Of a DNA stretch of 42,165 bases, positions 24,650 to 34,593 are shown piece after piece. The position numbers and the translations under genes were made by a program. The DNA comes from a virus, in the IMG/VR virus record IMGVR_UViG_3300028042_000003, positions 1-42,165 of that record. One strand, given 5' to 3'. The notes under the pieces were generated by a model, which was not told the DNA's origin, made no database searches, and saw only the letters and a list, made by a program, of their open reading frames with translations. Positions within the stretch are counted from its first letter, which is position 1. Every line of letters begins with the position of its first letter.

Positions 24650-27600
24650 GCATCAATGTGTACCCAGTCGCCTGCTTGTGGAATACTATTGAATGTTATT
24701 TTTGAACCGGTTGAGGTAACTGCTAGGCTGTATTGGTAAGTTCTTATATCATTTTTTCTTTGTAATGAACCATTCACGAACACGTTCAGTGACTGTATTT
24801 GTTTGCCTGGAATGTCAATAATTTTAGTTATTCCATCCATATCAACATCTTCTTTGTGAATAAATGTTGGCACATATTTTTTATCTGTGTTATTCCATGT
24901 TAGTATTTGATTATCTACAGTACCTGGAACAACTGAACTTCTAAACCATTCAGTAGGGTTAGCAGTAGGAACAATACCTTTTTGATTACTAAGACTTATA
25001 TAAGTAACGTAATTACCGTTTTCATTTACTGAAACGATATCACCTTGTTTGTATGCTTTAGCTACATCAAATAGTCTACCACCTCTTTCGATAGTATCCA
25101 TTGGTCTCCAAATTGGGTTAGACCCATCTGCTTTTGGTTCATCACTTGCTCCAATATCATCTGCCAAACAAGTATATAATCTCCACTCTGAGTCTACTGT
25201 ATCAAAGAATGAAACTACATCACCTTGAGCATAGTCGAAAGTAGCTGTCCATAAAACACCACCTACTTCGTTTATGCTTGTATCAAGCCAATTCAAGTCT
25301 GGACCTGTTATTTTAGGTTCTTTGTTTGTGTTCTGAGTAAGTGCGATATACACTTTTCTGTTTGCTGAAACTACATCACCTGGGTAATATTCAAATGTAT
25401 TATCATAAACTTGTCCACCTCTGTTTGTACAAGCCCATAAGTTAGCATTTATTTCAAGTCCTGGGTTTTTGTTTGTGTTGTCAGTCAACGCTACATAAAC
25501 ACGCTTACCAACGGTAACTGTATCGCCCGTTTTATAATCATAAAAAGTACTCCAAGACAATCCAGCTTTTTCTGGGAATGTTTGTTGAATCCATTTTGAC
25601 GCATCCCACGCACCTGCTTGTACACCTGCTGATGGTGCCATAAATAAGTGTTGTGCTCCATTTTTGTGTCCATAAACAGTATCAAATTCTTTGTAATCTT
25701 TTGAAGGGTTGAACTTCATGTTTACATTGAAACTAATGTCAATTTCTTTCCACTCTGGGCTAACATTTGGTTGAGCTTGGTTTGTTGCTATATCTGTAAG
25801 AGCAATAAACGACTGTATTTGAACCTCACCAGTTGAGAAAGGCATCATAGTAATGATATCACCTTTTTTGTATGTCAAACTTGCTGAAAACAAACGTCCA
25901 GCTTTTTCATATGGTGTAACTAGTTCAAATTTAGAAACGTCCCAAGGACCCATGTAAGACCCACCTGGTCCACCTTGTGAAATCCATAGTTGTCCTTGGT
26001 AATAAACTATATCACCTTGTTTGTATTCTATGGTTGTGCTAAAACTAATAGCACTTGAATCTCTAATATTTAGTAGCTTCCATGAAGTAGAAATATCAGG
26101 GTTTTGGTTTGCTGCTGTTCCTAACGCTTTTTGTACCGCTGTTGTACAAGAATAGAAGTCATTACTAAATGAAACAATAGTTCCAGCAGTATAACTATCT
26201 AGAGCGTGCCATGCGATACCACCCTTTTCAGGAGTAGATGCGTTATACCAGTTTCCAGTTTGATTTACCGCAGCTGGATCATCACCTTTTAGGTTATCAC
26301 CTAAAGCAATAAATGTTTCTGAACCAACAGATACAATATCACCTCTAGTATATGTCTTTGTGTCGTCATATGAAACACCACCGTTTTCTTGTGCTCTGAA
26401 TATTTTCCAATCTGGTTTGATACCTGCTGGAACTTGTGCTGATGGGTTTGTTGCTGTATGAGTAGTCAATGCTACATAAATTTCTCCATTTTGTGATACA
26501 ATATCACCTGGACGATAATTTACACTTGAAACCCATAATACTCCACCTCTTGGGTTGTAAGTAATTGCTTGCCATGCGTGTGCTGAACCTGGATGACCTG
26601 GATCTTCACCTTTTAGTGTGTTTTGTTTAGCAATGAAAATGTCATAACCTACAGAAACAATATCACCTCTTTGGTAAGTAAGGTTATTATCATATCCTTT
26701 ACCACCATTAGCTGATAAATTTAGTGCTTGCCATGCTGTTCCAGTTCCAGGTTCTTCCGCATCTGTTGCTGATAAACAAACATAAATTACTTGATCCGCA
26801 TTTACTCTAAGTGTGGCTACATCACCTGCTGAGTACGCTTTTCCTAAGATCCAAGCTCTACCACCTAGTTCTGAGTCTGAAGATGCTTCCCAAAATAATG
26901 AAGTTACTGCTGGAGTATTTCCTTGTTGTCCTGATTTAGCTGTAAATAAAGTTCCTTTGTAAGAAACAATATCACCTTTGCTATATAAAACACCAGCTGA
27001 AAACGCTCTACCACCTAGTTCTAAACTATTTACGTCAAACCAATCGTTTGAAGTAGAAGTAGGAATAGAATTTAGGTTGTTTGTTTTTGCTATGTAAAGA
27101 GAACCACTATTTGAAACTACATCACCTTGTGAATAGTTAGATGTTTGGTTCCATTGAGTTCCACCTTGTTCAAGAACTTCTAAAGTTGAAGCAGGTTCGT
27201 TTACCCATTTTGTGCCATTATAAACTAAAACATCTTTATCAGCAGCTGCAGTAAGTTCAACATCACTAAGTTCTGTTAAACTTGGCGCACCGATACTTTT
27301 CCATGTATTGTCTGTTCCTGGAGTTGTGGGTGCTGGAGAAACGGCAACATAAATGTTTGAATTTAGAGAAACAATGTCGCCTTTTTTATAAGTAGTTCCA
27401 GTTTTATATTCAAGACCACCTCTTTCTTCAATTACAGCGATAAATTTATTTACCCATCTGTTTTGAGCTCCATCATAAACTAAATGGTCTCCGTTACCTG
27501 GGTTTAGAACCGAAGTATCAGATAAAGAAACTAAATCACTAGCTACTGACTTCCAAGATCTAACTCCACTCGCTGTTGAAGTTAGTACAAAACCAGTTTG

Positions 27601-27834
27601 AGCTGGTACGCCTAATTTCTCTTCTTTTGTGTTTTGGATTCCTGCTGCGGCTGTAGAAGAAATTGGTTTACACGGGTCTGGGTTGTTTACATCGTCAATT
27701 ATTTCAGTATGAAGAATTGCCTCTGTATAAATTGCATCCACAAAATCTCTAAGATCTGATGGGCTGATACTTTGGGTGTTGTTGTCTGGGAAAAGACCTT
27801 TGATAAAGTCTTTTGAGTTAGTTCCACAAGCCAT
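24637..27834 (-). CDS. Large fibre protein with ~15 tandem CBM5/12-like modules
   Basis: Repeated GG.(W/Y/F).....Y..GD(I/V)V....(Y/F).A...P....W. Confidence 0.8.
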   Translation of the reverse strand: MACGTNSKDFIKGLFPDNNTQSISPSDLRDFVDAIYTEAILHTEIIDDVNNPDPCKPISSTAAAGIQNTKEEKLGVPAQTGFVLTSTASGVRSWKSVASDLVSLSDTSVLNPGNGDHLVYDGAQNRWVNKFIAVIEERGGLEYKTGTTYKKGDIVSLNSNIYVAVSPAPTTPGTDNTWKSIGAPSLTELSDVELTAAADKDVLVYNGTKWVNEPASTLEVLEQGGTQWNQTSNYSQGDVVSNSGSLYIAKTNNLNSIPTSTSNDWFDVNSLELGGRAFSAGVLYSKGDIVSYKGTLFTAKSGQQGNTPAVTSLFWEASSDSELGGRAWILGKAYSAGDVATLRVNADQVIYVCLSATDAEEPGTGTAWQALNLSANGGKGYDNNLTYQRGDIVSVGYDIFIAKQNTLKGEDPGHPGSAHAWQAITYNPRGGVLWVSSVNYRPGDIVSQNGEIYVALTTHTATNPSAQVPAGIKPDWKIFRAQENGGVSYDDTKTYTRGDIVSVGSETFIALGDNLKGDDPAAVNQTGNWYNASTPEKGGIAWHALDSYTAGTIVSFSNDFYSCTTAVQKALGTAANQNPDISTSWKLLNIRDSSAISFSTTIEYKQGDIVYYQGQLWISQGGPGGSYMGPWDVSKFELVTPYEKAGRLFSASLTYKKGDIITMMPFSTGEVQIQSFIALTDIATNQAQPNVSPEWKEIDISFNVNMKFNPSKDYKEFDTVYGHKNGAQHLFMAPSAGVQAGAWDASKWIQQTFPEKAGLSWSTFYDYKTGDTVTVGKRVYVALTDNTNKNPGLEINANLWACTNRGGQVYDNTFEYYPGDVVSANRKVYIALTQNTNKEPKITGPDLNWLDTSINEVGGVLWTATFDYAQGDVVSFFDTVDSEWRLYTCLADDIGASDEPKADGSNPIWRPMDTIERGGRLFDVAKAYKQGDIVSVNENGNYVTYISLSNQKGIVPTANPTEWFRSSVVPGTVDNQILTWNNTDKKYVPTFIHKEDVDMDGITKIIDIPGKQIQSLNVFVNGSLQRKNDIRTYQYSLAVTSTGSKITFNSIPQAGDWVHIDAVAL

Positions 27835-27855
27835 TATGTTTCCTTATTTTTATTG

Positions 27856-27863
27856 TATTTATA
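27856..27863 (-). promoter_or_regulatory. T4-type late promoter
   Basis: TATAAATA on the - strand. Confidence 0.75.
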
Positions 27864-27870
27864 CTGTTGA

Positions 27871-28395
27871 TTATTCACTAAATGCGTTGGTAAAACTTCT
27901 AATAACGAAGGCACCATCATTCGTGTTTGGATTGCTAGTTACGATACATTCTTTATTGAATGCATTTGAAAAGGCATCCACATTATAATCGCCTTTACAT
28001 TCGCAAGATTCTTTTTGAAATGCTTGGTTGAAAATATCACCAAAAGACCTAACAAAATCAAAGTCTTTACATTTAGCTTCCAAGAATATAAAATCACATC
28101 CATTGATTTGAAACCCACCTATAAGATATCCCGGGTGGCAATCTAAAGGGGTTCCCTTTTCTAAAATTTGGTGTGAATCTGAAGTTGGGTTATAGAATAC
28201 ATCATATAAGCATGGTGTATCGCATTGGTATTCTTTAGCATTTAGATTTATCACAAAATCAGAAATTGCTTTTACACTCCAGGGAGTAGTGAATGAACCA
28301 CCCGTGAAGTATAATTGTCTTCCAGTTTCGTTACTTATGCTTTTATTGGCATCAAGAGATACACCCAATAGTGGTTTTTCTGGAAATGTTGACAT
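27871..28395 (-). CDS. Cys-rich structural protein with repeated FxxAF motifs
   Basis: FNQAF, FSNAF, FTNAF; lies in the fibre operon. Confidence 0.55.
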   Translation of the reverse strand: MSTFPEKPLLGVSLDANKSISNETGRQLYFTGGSFTTPWSVKAISDFVINLNAKEYQCDTPCLYDVFYNPTSDSHQILEKGTPLDCHPGYLIGGFQINGCDFIFLEAKCKDFDFVRSFGDIFNQAFQKESCECKGDYNVDAFSNAFNKECIVTSNPNTNDGAFVIRSFTNAFSE

Positions 28396-28832
28396 TATTG
28401 TCCTTCTAGGTTTTGTATTCTTAGTTCAAGTGCTGCGATTTTTGCGTCAACATCTTCTTTTTTGTAAAATGCTGCTACTGTCTCTGATTTAGAGTATGTG
28501 TCTTGCTTAGTAGTGTATTTTTGATCTGCTTCTGTTTTATCTAAAAACTTGAAATCACTCTCTGGTTTTGTATAAACATCAGATGCCTTAGCAAATCCAG
28601 GAATCATAAGTTCTACTTTGGATGTAAGAGCATCTACGGCCATTCTAATTTCTGTTACTTGTTTTAGGCTGGCTACTTTGCGTTCATCTAATATGTCAGA
28701 ACGATCAATAACGTCTTCCACAAGTAGTAATTCGTTATAAACAGCTTCAACAAAAATCCTTAGATCACTTGCGTCAATTCTGTTTGTTTGATTTTCTCTA
28801 AATTTATCTAAAAGTATATTTTTTGAGTTCAT
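28395..28832 (-). CDS. Short fibre-like protein
   Basis: Y(T/S)K.E.D repeats; N-terminal domain shared with neighbours. Confidence 0.6.
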   Translation of the reverse strand: MNSKNILLDKFRENQTNRIDASDLRIFVEAVYNELLLVEDVIDRSDILDERKVASLKQVTEIRMAVDALTSKVELMIPGFAKASDVYTKPESDFKFLDKTEADQKYTTKQDTYSKSETVAAFYKKEDVDAKIAALELRIQNLEGQ

Positions 28833-28841
28833 GTTGGTCCT

Positions 28842-29804
28842 TTATTTTATTTCGCCAAAAGCGTTTATCCATGATGAGATTTTAGAGTTGAACCATAATG
28901 GAAGTGAAAGTGTCTCGTCAAAAATCATTTGTCCAGGATATGGATTTCTTGGTCTTTCTGATCTTTCAACATTAGGAATTACTGGTGAGTTTACCCATGC
29001 TCCGTCGACAAATAGTAAACCATCACCAGTTGATGGTGTTTTTACTTTTGTGTCTTCAAGTGCTGCAATTGAATCTATAGAGTCTTTCCAATATCTTGCT
29101 CCAAGCTTTGTGCTTCTTAGAACTTGATCATCTTTTGATGGTAGACCTAGTGAGTTTTCTTTTCTTCTTAGTACATTAGAATTATTAAGAGCCAATGAAG
29201 TAATTGCTTTAGTATTCTCAAAGCCTTCATTTACTTCTGTTGAAGTAGCTATTTCTAGTGTTGATACTTCGCCCTTTGGACCTACTAAAGACCCAATATT
29301 AGACCAAATATTACCATCCCATGAGTAACCGTCTCCGGTAGATGATTCAATGTAGATAGTTCCTACACTTTCATGCAAAAGATTTAGAATTTCAGTTTTG
29401 GATAGCTTACCCTTTATGAAGTACCCGTCTCTAATATCTGTCCAAAATGGTCCATCTACTGATTGGTGTAATACATTTCCTGGCTTTCCCTCTACTAAAA
29501 CACTAATGTCATTGATCATTTCCAAGTCTGCTTTAGCTGGTTTGTCAACTTTAGCTAGATATAATCCTGGATTTGTTTTTGTTATAATGACAATATCACC
29601 CTTTTGGATAAATATTTTAGCTTCTGGTGCTGATGATAAACGGAATTGCTCTACATCCTCTATAGACTCGAACTTTCTGATGATACTCTCTGTAGACTCA
29701 AAAATAGCATCCACAAAGATTTGAAAATCTTGTGCTGAGATGTTTTGTGTCAAGTTGGGGTCAAATATATTTCTAATAATATTTTGAATATTTTTTGATG
29801 CCAT
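28842..29804 (-). CDS. Fibre-like structural protein
   Basis: Shared N-terminal domain; GPKGE; IATSTEV..G....AIT fibre repeat; RP.NP.PGQMIFD.TL..P.W. Confidence 0.65.
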   Translation of the reverse strand: MASKNIQNIIRNIFDPNLTQNISAQDFQIFVDAIFESTESIIRKFESIEDVEQFRLSSAPEAKIFIQKGDIVIITKTNPGLYLAKVDKPAKADLEMINDISVLVEGKPGNVLHQSVDGPFWTDIRDGYFIKGKLSKTEILNLLHESVGTIYIESSTGDGYSWDGNIWSNIGSLVGPKGEVSTLEIATSTEVNEGFENTKAITSLALNNSNVLRRKENSLGLPSKDDQVLRSTKLGARYWKDSIDSIAALEDTKVKTPSTGDGLLFVDGAWVNSPVIPNVERSERPRNPYPGQMIFDETLSLPLWFNSKISSWINAFGEIK

Positions 29805-29820
29805 GGGTTTCCTTTTATGT

Positions 29821-29828
29821 TATTTATA
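29821..29828 (-). promoter_or_regulatory. T4-type late promoter
   Basis: TATAAATA on the - strand. Confidence 0.75.
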
Positions 29829-29831
29829 ACC

Positions 29832-31727
29832 TTAGAAGGATTCCGATACTCCATAATCATCATTTACGCCTTGAAATTCTAGTCGCATAAGCCTAAGTTC
29901 TTCAGCTTTTTGGTCTGAGTCATCGTCATCACTGGTGAAACCTATATCAATACCCGTTAGATATTCTTCGGTTCTCACGTTAGAATCAATTACTCTCAGT
30001 TCTTTAGTAAATAATTCAAAGTTATCAAATACTTTGATGGACATAAATGGAGCAAAAACGAATGATAATGACATAACCGCATCATCGAAGTAACCATCTT
30101 CCGCTTCGTATTTATTTCCAGTTTTTCTTTTAGTAAATGTGTAAAGTTGATTTAGGGTATGTTGACTATTGACAACAAGCTTCCCTTCTTCTATGAATAT
30201 TTTGAGCATATTCAATACTAGGGGTCTACTTTTTTGAGTAGTTCTGAAACCCGTATATTTCTTTTTACCTGGTCTTCCGTCAATGTTACTATCTCGGAAT
30301 AAGTTTTCATACTCATATACTCCCCAGAGCGTATCTGATACTGATTGTCCTGCACCTTCGTTATTCTCTATAATCATCAGGGCAGTGTTGTAATATGTAC
30401 CTAGTTCAAATAGATGCTCGGGCATCATTAGGTAATCAATTTGAAGTTTAGCGGTGAATACTTGCTCAAATGGAAAGCTAGTAACGTCAACAATATCAAC
30501 ACTAAATTCATCAATCCCGTCTTTACTAGGGTCTACTGTACAAATATAGGTATGGTTTTCCTGAGCTTCTTTATACATCGTACCGTCATTTAGAATTACT
30601 TGCGGTATAACAGTCACGTTTTCCATGTGGTCTTGAAGTTCTTTTAGAGCGATACCTGAGATTAGCGTATCACTTGATCCAAGAAATGTACATTCTTCAG
30701 TTTGTGCAAAGTACTTCTTACCGTATTTTTTTATTGTAATTTTTTTATATTCTTCGGGAGTGAGTAAATCACCTTGTTTGTTGTAATGAGGAACATCTCT
30801 CCAAGAACACGTGATGTATCGTTCTGGTGTGTCTTGTCTTTTTGCTGCCTTGACAATTTGTTCGAAGTGGTTCATACCATTTGCGGTACTGGTCATGATT
30901 ACTTGCTTAAAAGATAATGAGTTCATTGTAGGCATTACTGAGTCTACAAATTCATCCCAAAGGCTTTTTTTGATGTAGGCTGTTTCATCTACGTAAATAA
31001 TGTTACAAGTAAATCCCCTGAAACTATCTGAAGAAGGTCCATCGGTCATTATTCTTGTTCCATTTTCAAATTCTATTTCACCTTTGTTCCAAACTTCTAT
31101 TCCCTTTTTCATCCATACTGGTAAGTTCAGATATATCTTTTTGATTTTGTCAAGAACCTCACGGGCTGTTTTTGCTTTGTTGGCGACAATACCAATCATG
31201 GTTTGTTCTTCACGGAATAAAGCTAACCACAAAAGATAAGTACCTGATGTGACAGTTTTACCAGATTGTCGTGGATATAAAATAACCGTATCATCTAAAG
31301 TCAAAAGCTCATCTTCAAGATCTTCTTGATAAGGTCTAGGTTCAGGTCTAGCAAGACCACTTTTCGTAGTTATTATACAATAATGTTTTCTGAAATATTT
31401 GTAATCATTTTTACATTTATCTATTTCATTAGTGTGAATCTTAGAGAGTGGTAATTCAGTTCCAGCTCTTGAAAGGTATCTGTTACCATTTTGGGAAATT
31501 CTATTCCCATAGAGATCTTTATAATAACCATTTTGATTTAGCTCAAGGTCTAGTAAAGCTTTGAGTTGGTCGTGTTCTTGGTCGGTCCATGTTTGTTTAT
31601 TCAAACAGAACTTTTGAAAAATGGGGTCAGTTTGAACTGATTCACGTATCTCAGCTGTAGGTAATGTTCTAGCTATTTGTTTATCTTGGAGCTTATTTCC
31701 TATAGTGAGTATTTGATTGGGAGTCAT
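29832..31727 (-). CDS. terL: Terminase large subunit (T4 gp17-like)
   Basis: RPYQ, PRQSGKT (Walker A), IIYVDE (Walker B), TSTANG, TVDPS, DDAVMS. Confidence 0.95.
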   Translation of the reverse strand: MTPNQILTIGNKLQDKQIARTLPTAEIRESVQTDPIFQKFCLNKQTWTDQEHDQLKALLDLELNQNGYYKDLYGNRISQNGNRYLSRAGTELPLSKIHTNEIDKCKNDYKYFRKHYCIITTKSGLARPEPRPYQEDLEDELLTLDDTVILYPRQSGKTVTSGTYLLWLALFREEQTMIGIVANKAKTAREVLDKIKKIYLNLPVWMKKGIEVWNKGEIEFENGTRIMTDGPSSDSFRGFTCNIIYVDETAYIKKSLWDEFVDSVMPTMNSLSFKQVIMTSTANGMNHFEQIVKAAKRQDTPERYITCSWRDVPHYNKQGDLLTPEEYKKITIKKYGKKYFAQTEECTFLGSSDTLISGIALKELQDHMENVTVIPQVILNDGTMYKEAQENHTYICTVDPSKDGIDEFSVDIVDVTSFPFEQVFTAKLQIDYLMMPEHLFELGTYYNTALMIIENNEGAGQSVSDTLWGVYEYENLFRDSNIDGRPGKKKYTGFRTTQKSRPLVLNMLKIFIEEGKLVVNSQHTLNQLYTFTKRKTGNKYEAEDGYFDDAVMSLSFVFAPFMSIKVFDNFELFTKELRVIDSNVRTEEYLTGIDIGFTSDDDDSDQKAEELRLMRLEFQGVNDDYGVSESF

Positions 31728-32032
31728 TATTCATCCTCTATAAGATCTTTGAGGTCAATTTTTTGTGTTTCTTGCTCTATTTGATCTATGTCTTTTAGTG
31801 TTTTAGGTTGAGAAGCGTGAATATCGGTAAGCAATTTAGAAGCTTCAAGGATATTTTTGGTTACTATTCCATACTCTTCAAGGAGGGTGTAGTTTGACTC
31901 ACCCATTTCTTCAACTATATTTTTATTTAGCTTACGTGATTGTTCAATAATCTCTTTCATAGCACCTCTGGCTATGTCGAGGTCTTCAGTTAGACTTTTT
32001 CTTAGTTCTTTTTTGTTACTTTCTTTTTTCAT
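31727..32032 (-). CDS. Small helical protein, positional candidate for terminase small subunit
   Basis: Coupled directly upstream of terL; position only. Confidence 0.35.
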   Translation of the reverse strand: MKKESNKKELRKSLTEDLDIARGAMKEIIEQSRKLNKNIVEEMGESNYTLLEEYGIVTKNILEASKLLTDIHASQPKTLKDIDQIEQETQKIDLKDLIEDE

Positions 32033-32078
32033 TTCAATCCTTTTCGTGTTTTGTTCGTGTTGTCATTAGTTTATTTTT

Positions 32079-32624
32079 TTATCTTGGGATGCTTTTTGGT
32101 ACATTTTTAGATATATAGTTCAACTTACCATTTAAACGTTCTGCTTTTCTTGGACTAAAAATAGCTGTTATTTCTTTGTGTAGGTCTTTTATTGATGTGT
32201 GAATATTTTTCACTACACTCACAGTTCCTTTTGCTAGCTGTACCAATTTCTTTTCGATGTCCCATCCAGTTATAGAATGAACTATTTCTAGTGGACTTGT
32301 GATAATACCTAATGTGACTTTATCAAGCTTTACTAAAAAATCAACAAAGTCGTTTCTAGTTATTTTAGCAGCGTGCTTTCTTATCTCGTCAGGTTCTCCA
32401 TTTATAGCAGACATTACCACTTTACCAGCTACTGTGGTGAAATCAGCAAAATAATCAATAAGACCTTTATCTGGTCTTTCTGGAAGTCCTAGTTTATTCA
32501 TGAAAGATCCAAAGTCTTCTTGTAGTTCCTCATTTATTTGCGCATCTTGATTTTCCATTACAAAAAGCAACATTGCTACTTTTTCTTTTACTTCTTGTTC
32601 TTGTATATAATTAGTGAATTTCAT
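32079..32624 (-). CDS. Hypothetical late protein
   Basis: N-terminus MKFTNYIQE. Confidence 0.6.
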   Translation of the reverse strand: MKFTNYIQEQEVKEKVAMLLFVMENQDAQINEELQEDFGSFMNKLGLPERPDKGLIDYFADFTTVAGKVVMSAINGEPDEIRKHAAKITRNDFVDFLVKLDKVTLGIITSPLEIVHSITGWDIEKKLVQLAKGTVSVVKNIHTSIKDLHKEITAIFSPRKAERLNGKLNYISKNVPKSIPR

Positions 32625-33525
32625 TTATTTCCTTTGATTTTGTTGTTGATTCATATGGATGATAGTCTGGTCTTTCTTTTATTAGAATATCTTCTGGGCC
32701 TGATATTATTGGTTCGTCTCTACCTGGCATTGATCCTCTACCGGACGCATCAAATGTTCTTTGTTTTACAGTTACAATACCATCTTTTTGGTCTATATTC
32801 CAATAAGCCGCAAGTTTAGCATCTGATATACGTTTCTTGTCCCAGATGTTCATATAAATGCCTATGGTATCTAAAGCACCGCTAAGACCAATAGGGCTGT
32901 ATATATTTCCTCTTACTGTAATTTCAAAACTTACGTTGATAACATTGACCTCTGTTGTTTCGAAGTTATCTAAGATTTCAAATTCTGGGTCAGCAATAAG
33001 TATTTGTGTTTCTGTTGTATCCAAAAGTGGAAATTCTTCAATTTCAAGGTTCAAAGTAGGGTTGAATTTAGCCAGGATTGTTTCAACAATTTGGGTAGCT
33101 GATGTAAGACCTCTAGCTTGTAATAAAAGCCTAAAGTTGAAATCATAAGATAAACTATTATAAGCGAAGTTCATACGGTCTTTTATTTGACCATCCTTTT
33201 TACTGGTTTCAATGAGCTTACTGAATTTTTGGTATTTTTGTGTTTGGCGGTCAGCCACTTTGGTAAGACCATCGAAGCTTAGAACCAAACGAGGCAAGAA
33301 GTTAAAATTCATTTTGGTAATATCGTCTTCACTTAGGTCTTCAATTACTAACGCTTTTTCATAGTTTCCAAATGAAATTGGAACTGTAAATGATTTTTCG
33401 TTGGATTCATTTTCTACATAATTATGAACCTCATTGAAAGCGTTCAGTAATGCTAGTGTGTAATTCCTAGTTGAATTGAAATACATCACGTCTTTGTAAT
33501 TGCCTTCTGCACCTTGTGATATCAT
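32611..33525 (-). CDS. Tail sheath stabiliser/terminator (T4 gp15-like)
   Basis: YFNSTRNY....F, VPISFG, LPRL, QIVETIL..FNP. Confidence 0.8.
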   Translation of the reverse strand: MISQGAEGNYKDVMYFNSTRNYTLALLNAFNEVHNYVENESNEKSFTVPISFGNYEKALVIEDLSEDDITKMNFNFLPRLVLSFDGLTKVADRQTQKYQKFSKLIETSKKDGQIKDRMNFAYNSLSYDFNFRLLLQARGLTSATQIVETILAKFNPTLNLEIEEFPLLDTTETQILIADPEFEILDNFETTEVNVINVSFEITVRGNIYSPIGLSGALDTIGIYMNIWDKKRISDAKLAAYWNIDQKDGIVTVKQRTFDASGRGSMPGRDEPIISGPEDILIKERPDYHPYESTTKSKEINEIH

Positions 33526-33541
33526 TTGCTTCCTTTTGTGT

Positions 33542-33549
33542 TATTTATA
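33542..33549 (-). promoter_or_regulatory. T4-type late promoter for gp15
   Basis: TATAAATA on the - strand, divergent from the early promoter. Confidence 0.75.
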
Positions 33550-33577
33550 CTATTCTTTTCTTCGTTTAATGTGGTTG

Positions 33578-33602
33578 TAAGGTATATTATGTTATAATAG
33601 TA
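33578..33602 (+). promoter_or_regulatory. Early promoter of the small-gene island
   Basis: Identical to 5089-5113. Confidence 0.8.
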
Positions 33603-33630
33603 TATACAAAAACTAAATAAAAGGAACAAC

Positions 33631-33864
33631 ATGACAAAAACATTTATCACATTCGGTAGTAACCATCTAGAGAATTTTGATGTACATTCAATGAGTGTAA
33701 TGCTTCAAATTGAAAATAGAAACGTTCATATGAAAGATGAAGAACTAGGCATCAAAGAGAAATTTGCGTTTGAATACCCAATGGCAGAAGCAAAAAAACT
33801 AGCAGAAAAGTATAATATGAAATTATATACAAGAGAAGAACTATTAGCATTGAAGGATAAATAA
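33631..33864 (+). CDS. Small phage hypothetical protein
   Basis: AAAGGA SD; FITFGSNH...FAFEY. Confidence 0.65.
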   Translation: MTKTFITFGSNHLENFDVHSMSVMLQIENRNVHMKDEELGIKEKFAFEYPMAEAKKLAEKYNMKLYTREELLALKDK

Positions 33865-34160
33865 TGGCTAAACTCAGACCAGTAATGGCACTGAACCTAA
33901 AGCATTATTCGTTTTATTATACAAAAGATGGAATGATCTCAACGAATAAACATTGGGGATTTGTCAAGACAGACAGAATTATTATGACTTCAACCACTAA
34001 AGCGCTACAAGTTATAGGTATAGTGAAACATTTTGAGCATGATAAATCACAGTTAGAATTTACACCACAACTGATGGAAAATTGGCTTGAGACAAAAAAG
34101 AAGAGAACAGTTATTTCACTAGATAATTTTATATCAGATCACCCTGAATATTTTCTGTAA
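33864..34160 (+). CDS. Small protein ending HPEYFL
   Basis: TAATG coupling; shared C-terminal motif. Confidence 0.7.
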   Translation: MAKLRPVMALNLKHYSFYYTKDGMISTNKHWGFVKTDRIIMTSTTKALQVIGIVKHFEHDKSQLEFTPQLMENWLETKKKRTVISLDNFISDHPEYFL

Positions 34161-34168
34161 GGATCAAA

Positions 34169-34372
34169 ATGAAAAAAGCCAAATTGGTAACACTAGCTAG
34201 ACATAAAAAATACCTAATAAGTTCATTTACCGGTCCTATATTTATTGAGTATTCATATGATTGTGGGTTTTGGGTAAACTCAGGTGAATATAAAAAATTC
34301 AATATTATTAGAATAGTCAGAGAATACGTAGAAATCCTAGATGAAAAGGATTACCCAGAATATTTTTTATAA
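34169..34372 (+). CDS. Small protein ending YPEYFL
   Basis: AAGGA SD; shared C-terminal motif. Confidence 0.7.
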   Translation: MKKAKLVTLARHKKYLISSFTGPIFIEYSYDCGFWVNSGEYKKFNIIRIVREYVEILDEKDYPEYFL

Positions 34373-34380
34373 GGAATAAA

Positions 34381-34593
34381 ATGAAAAAAGTTAGATTATG
34401 GGATTTGGATAAAGATAAGAAATACATAGTTCAATTACTTGGTCATAATCCCGAATTTATTGAATACAATAAAGTATCGGCTGGTTGGGCACCTTCTAGA
34501 TTAGTAGAAGATGGTAACAACACTGGAGCTAAGCTTTACCTAATAATGGTAGATTTATACCCAGAAGAAGATTACCCGGAGTATTACTTATGA
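34381..34593 (+). CDS. Small protein ending YPEYYL
   Basis: AAGGA SD; shared C-terminal motif. Confidence 0.7.
   Translation: MKKVRLWDLDKDKKYIVQLLGHNPEFIEYNKVSAGWAPSRLVEDGNNTGAKLYLIMVDLYPEEDYPEYYL

Noticed and set aside
14688-33148. Plus-strand shadow ORFs opposite the structural genes
   Set aside because: They are antisense frames of well-supported genes, with no SD or motifs.
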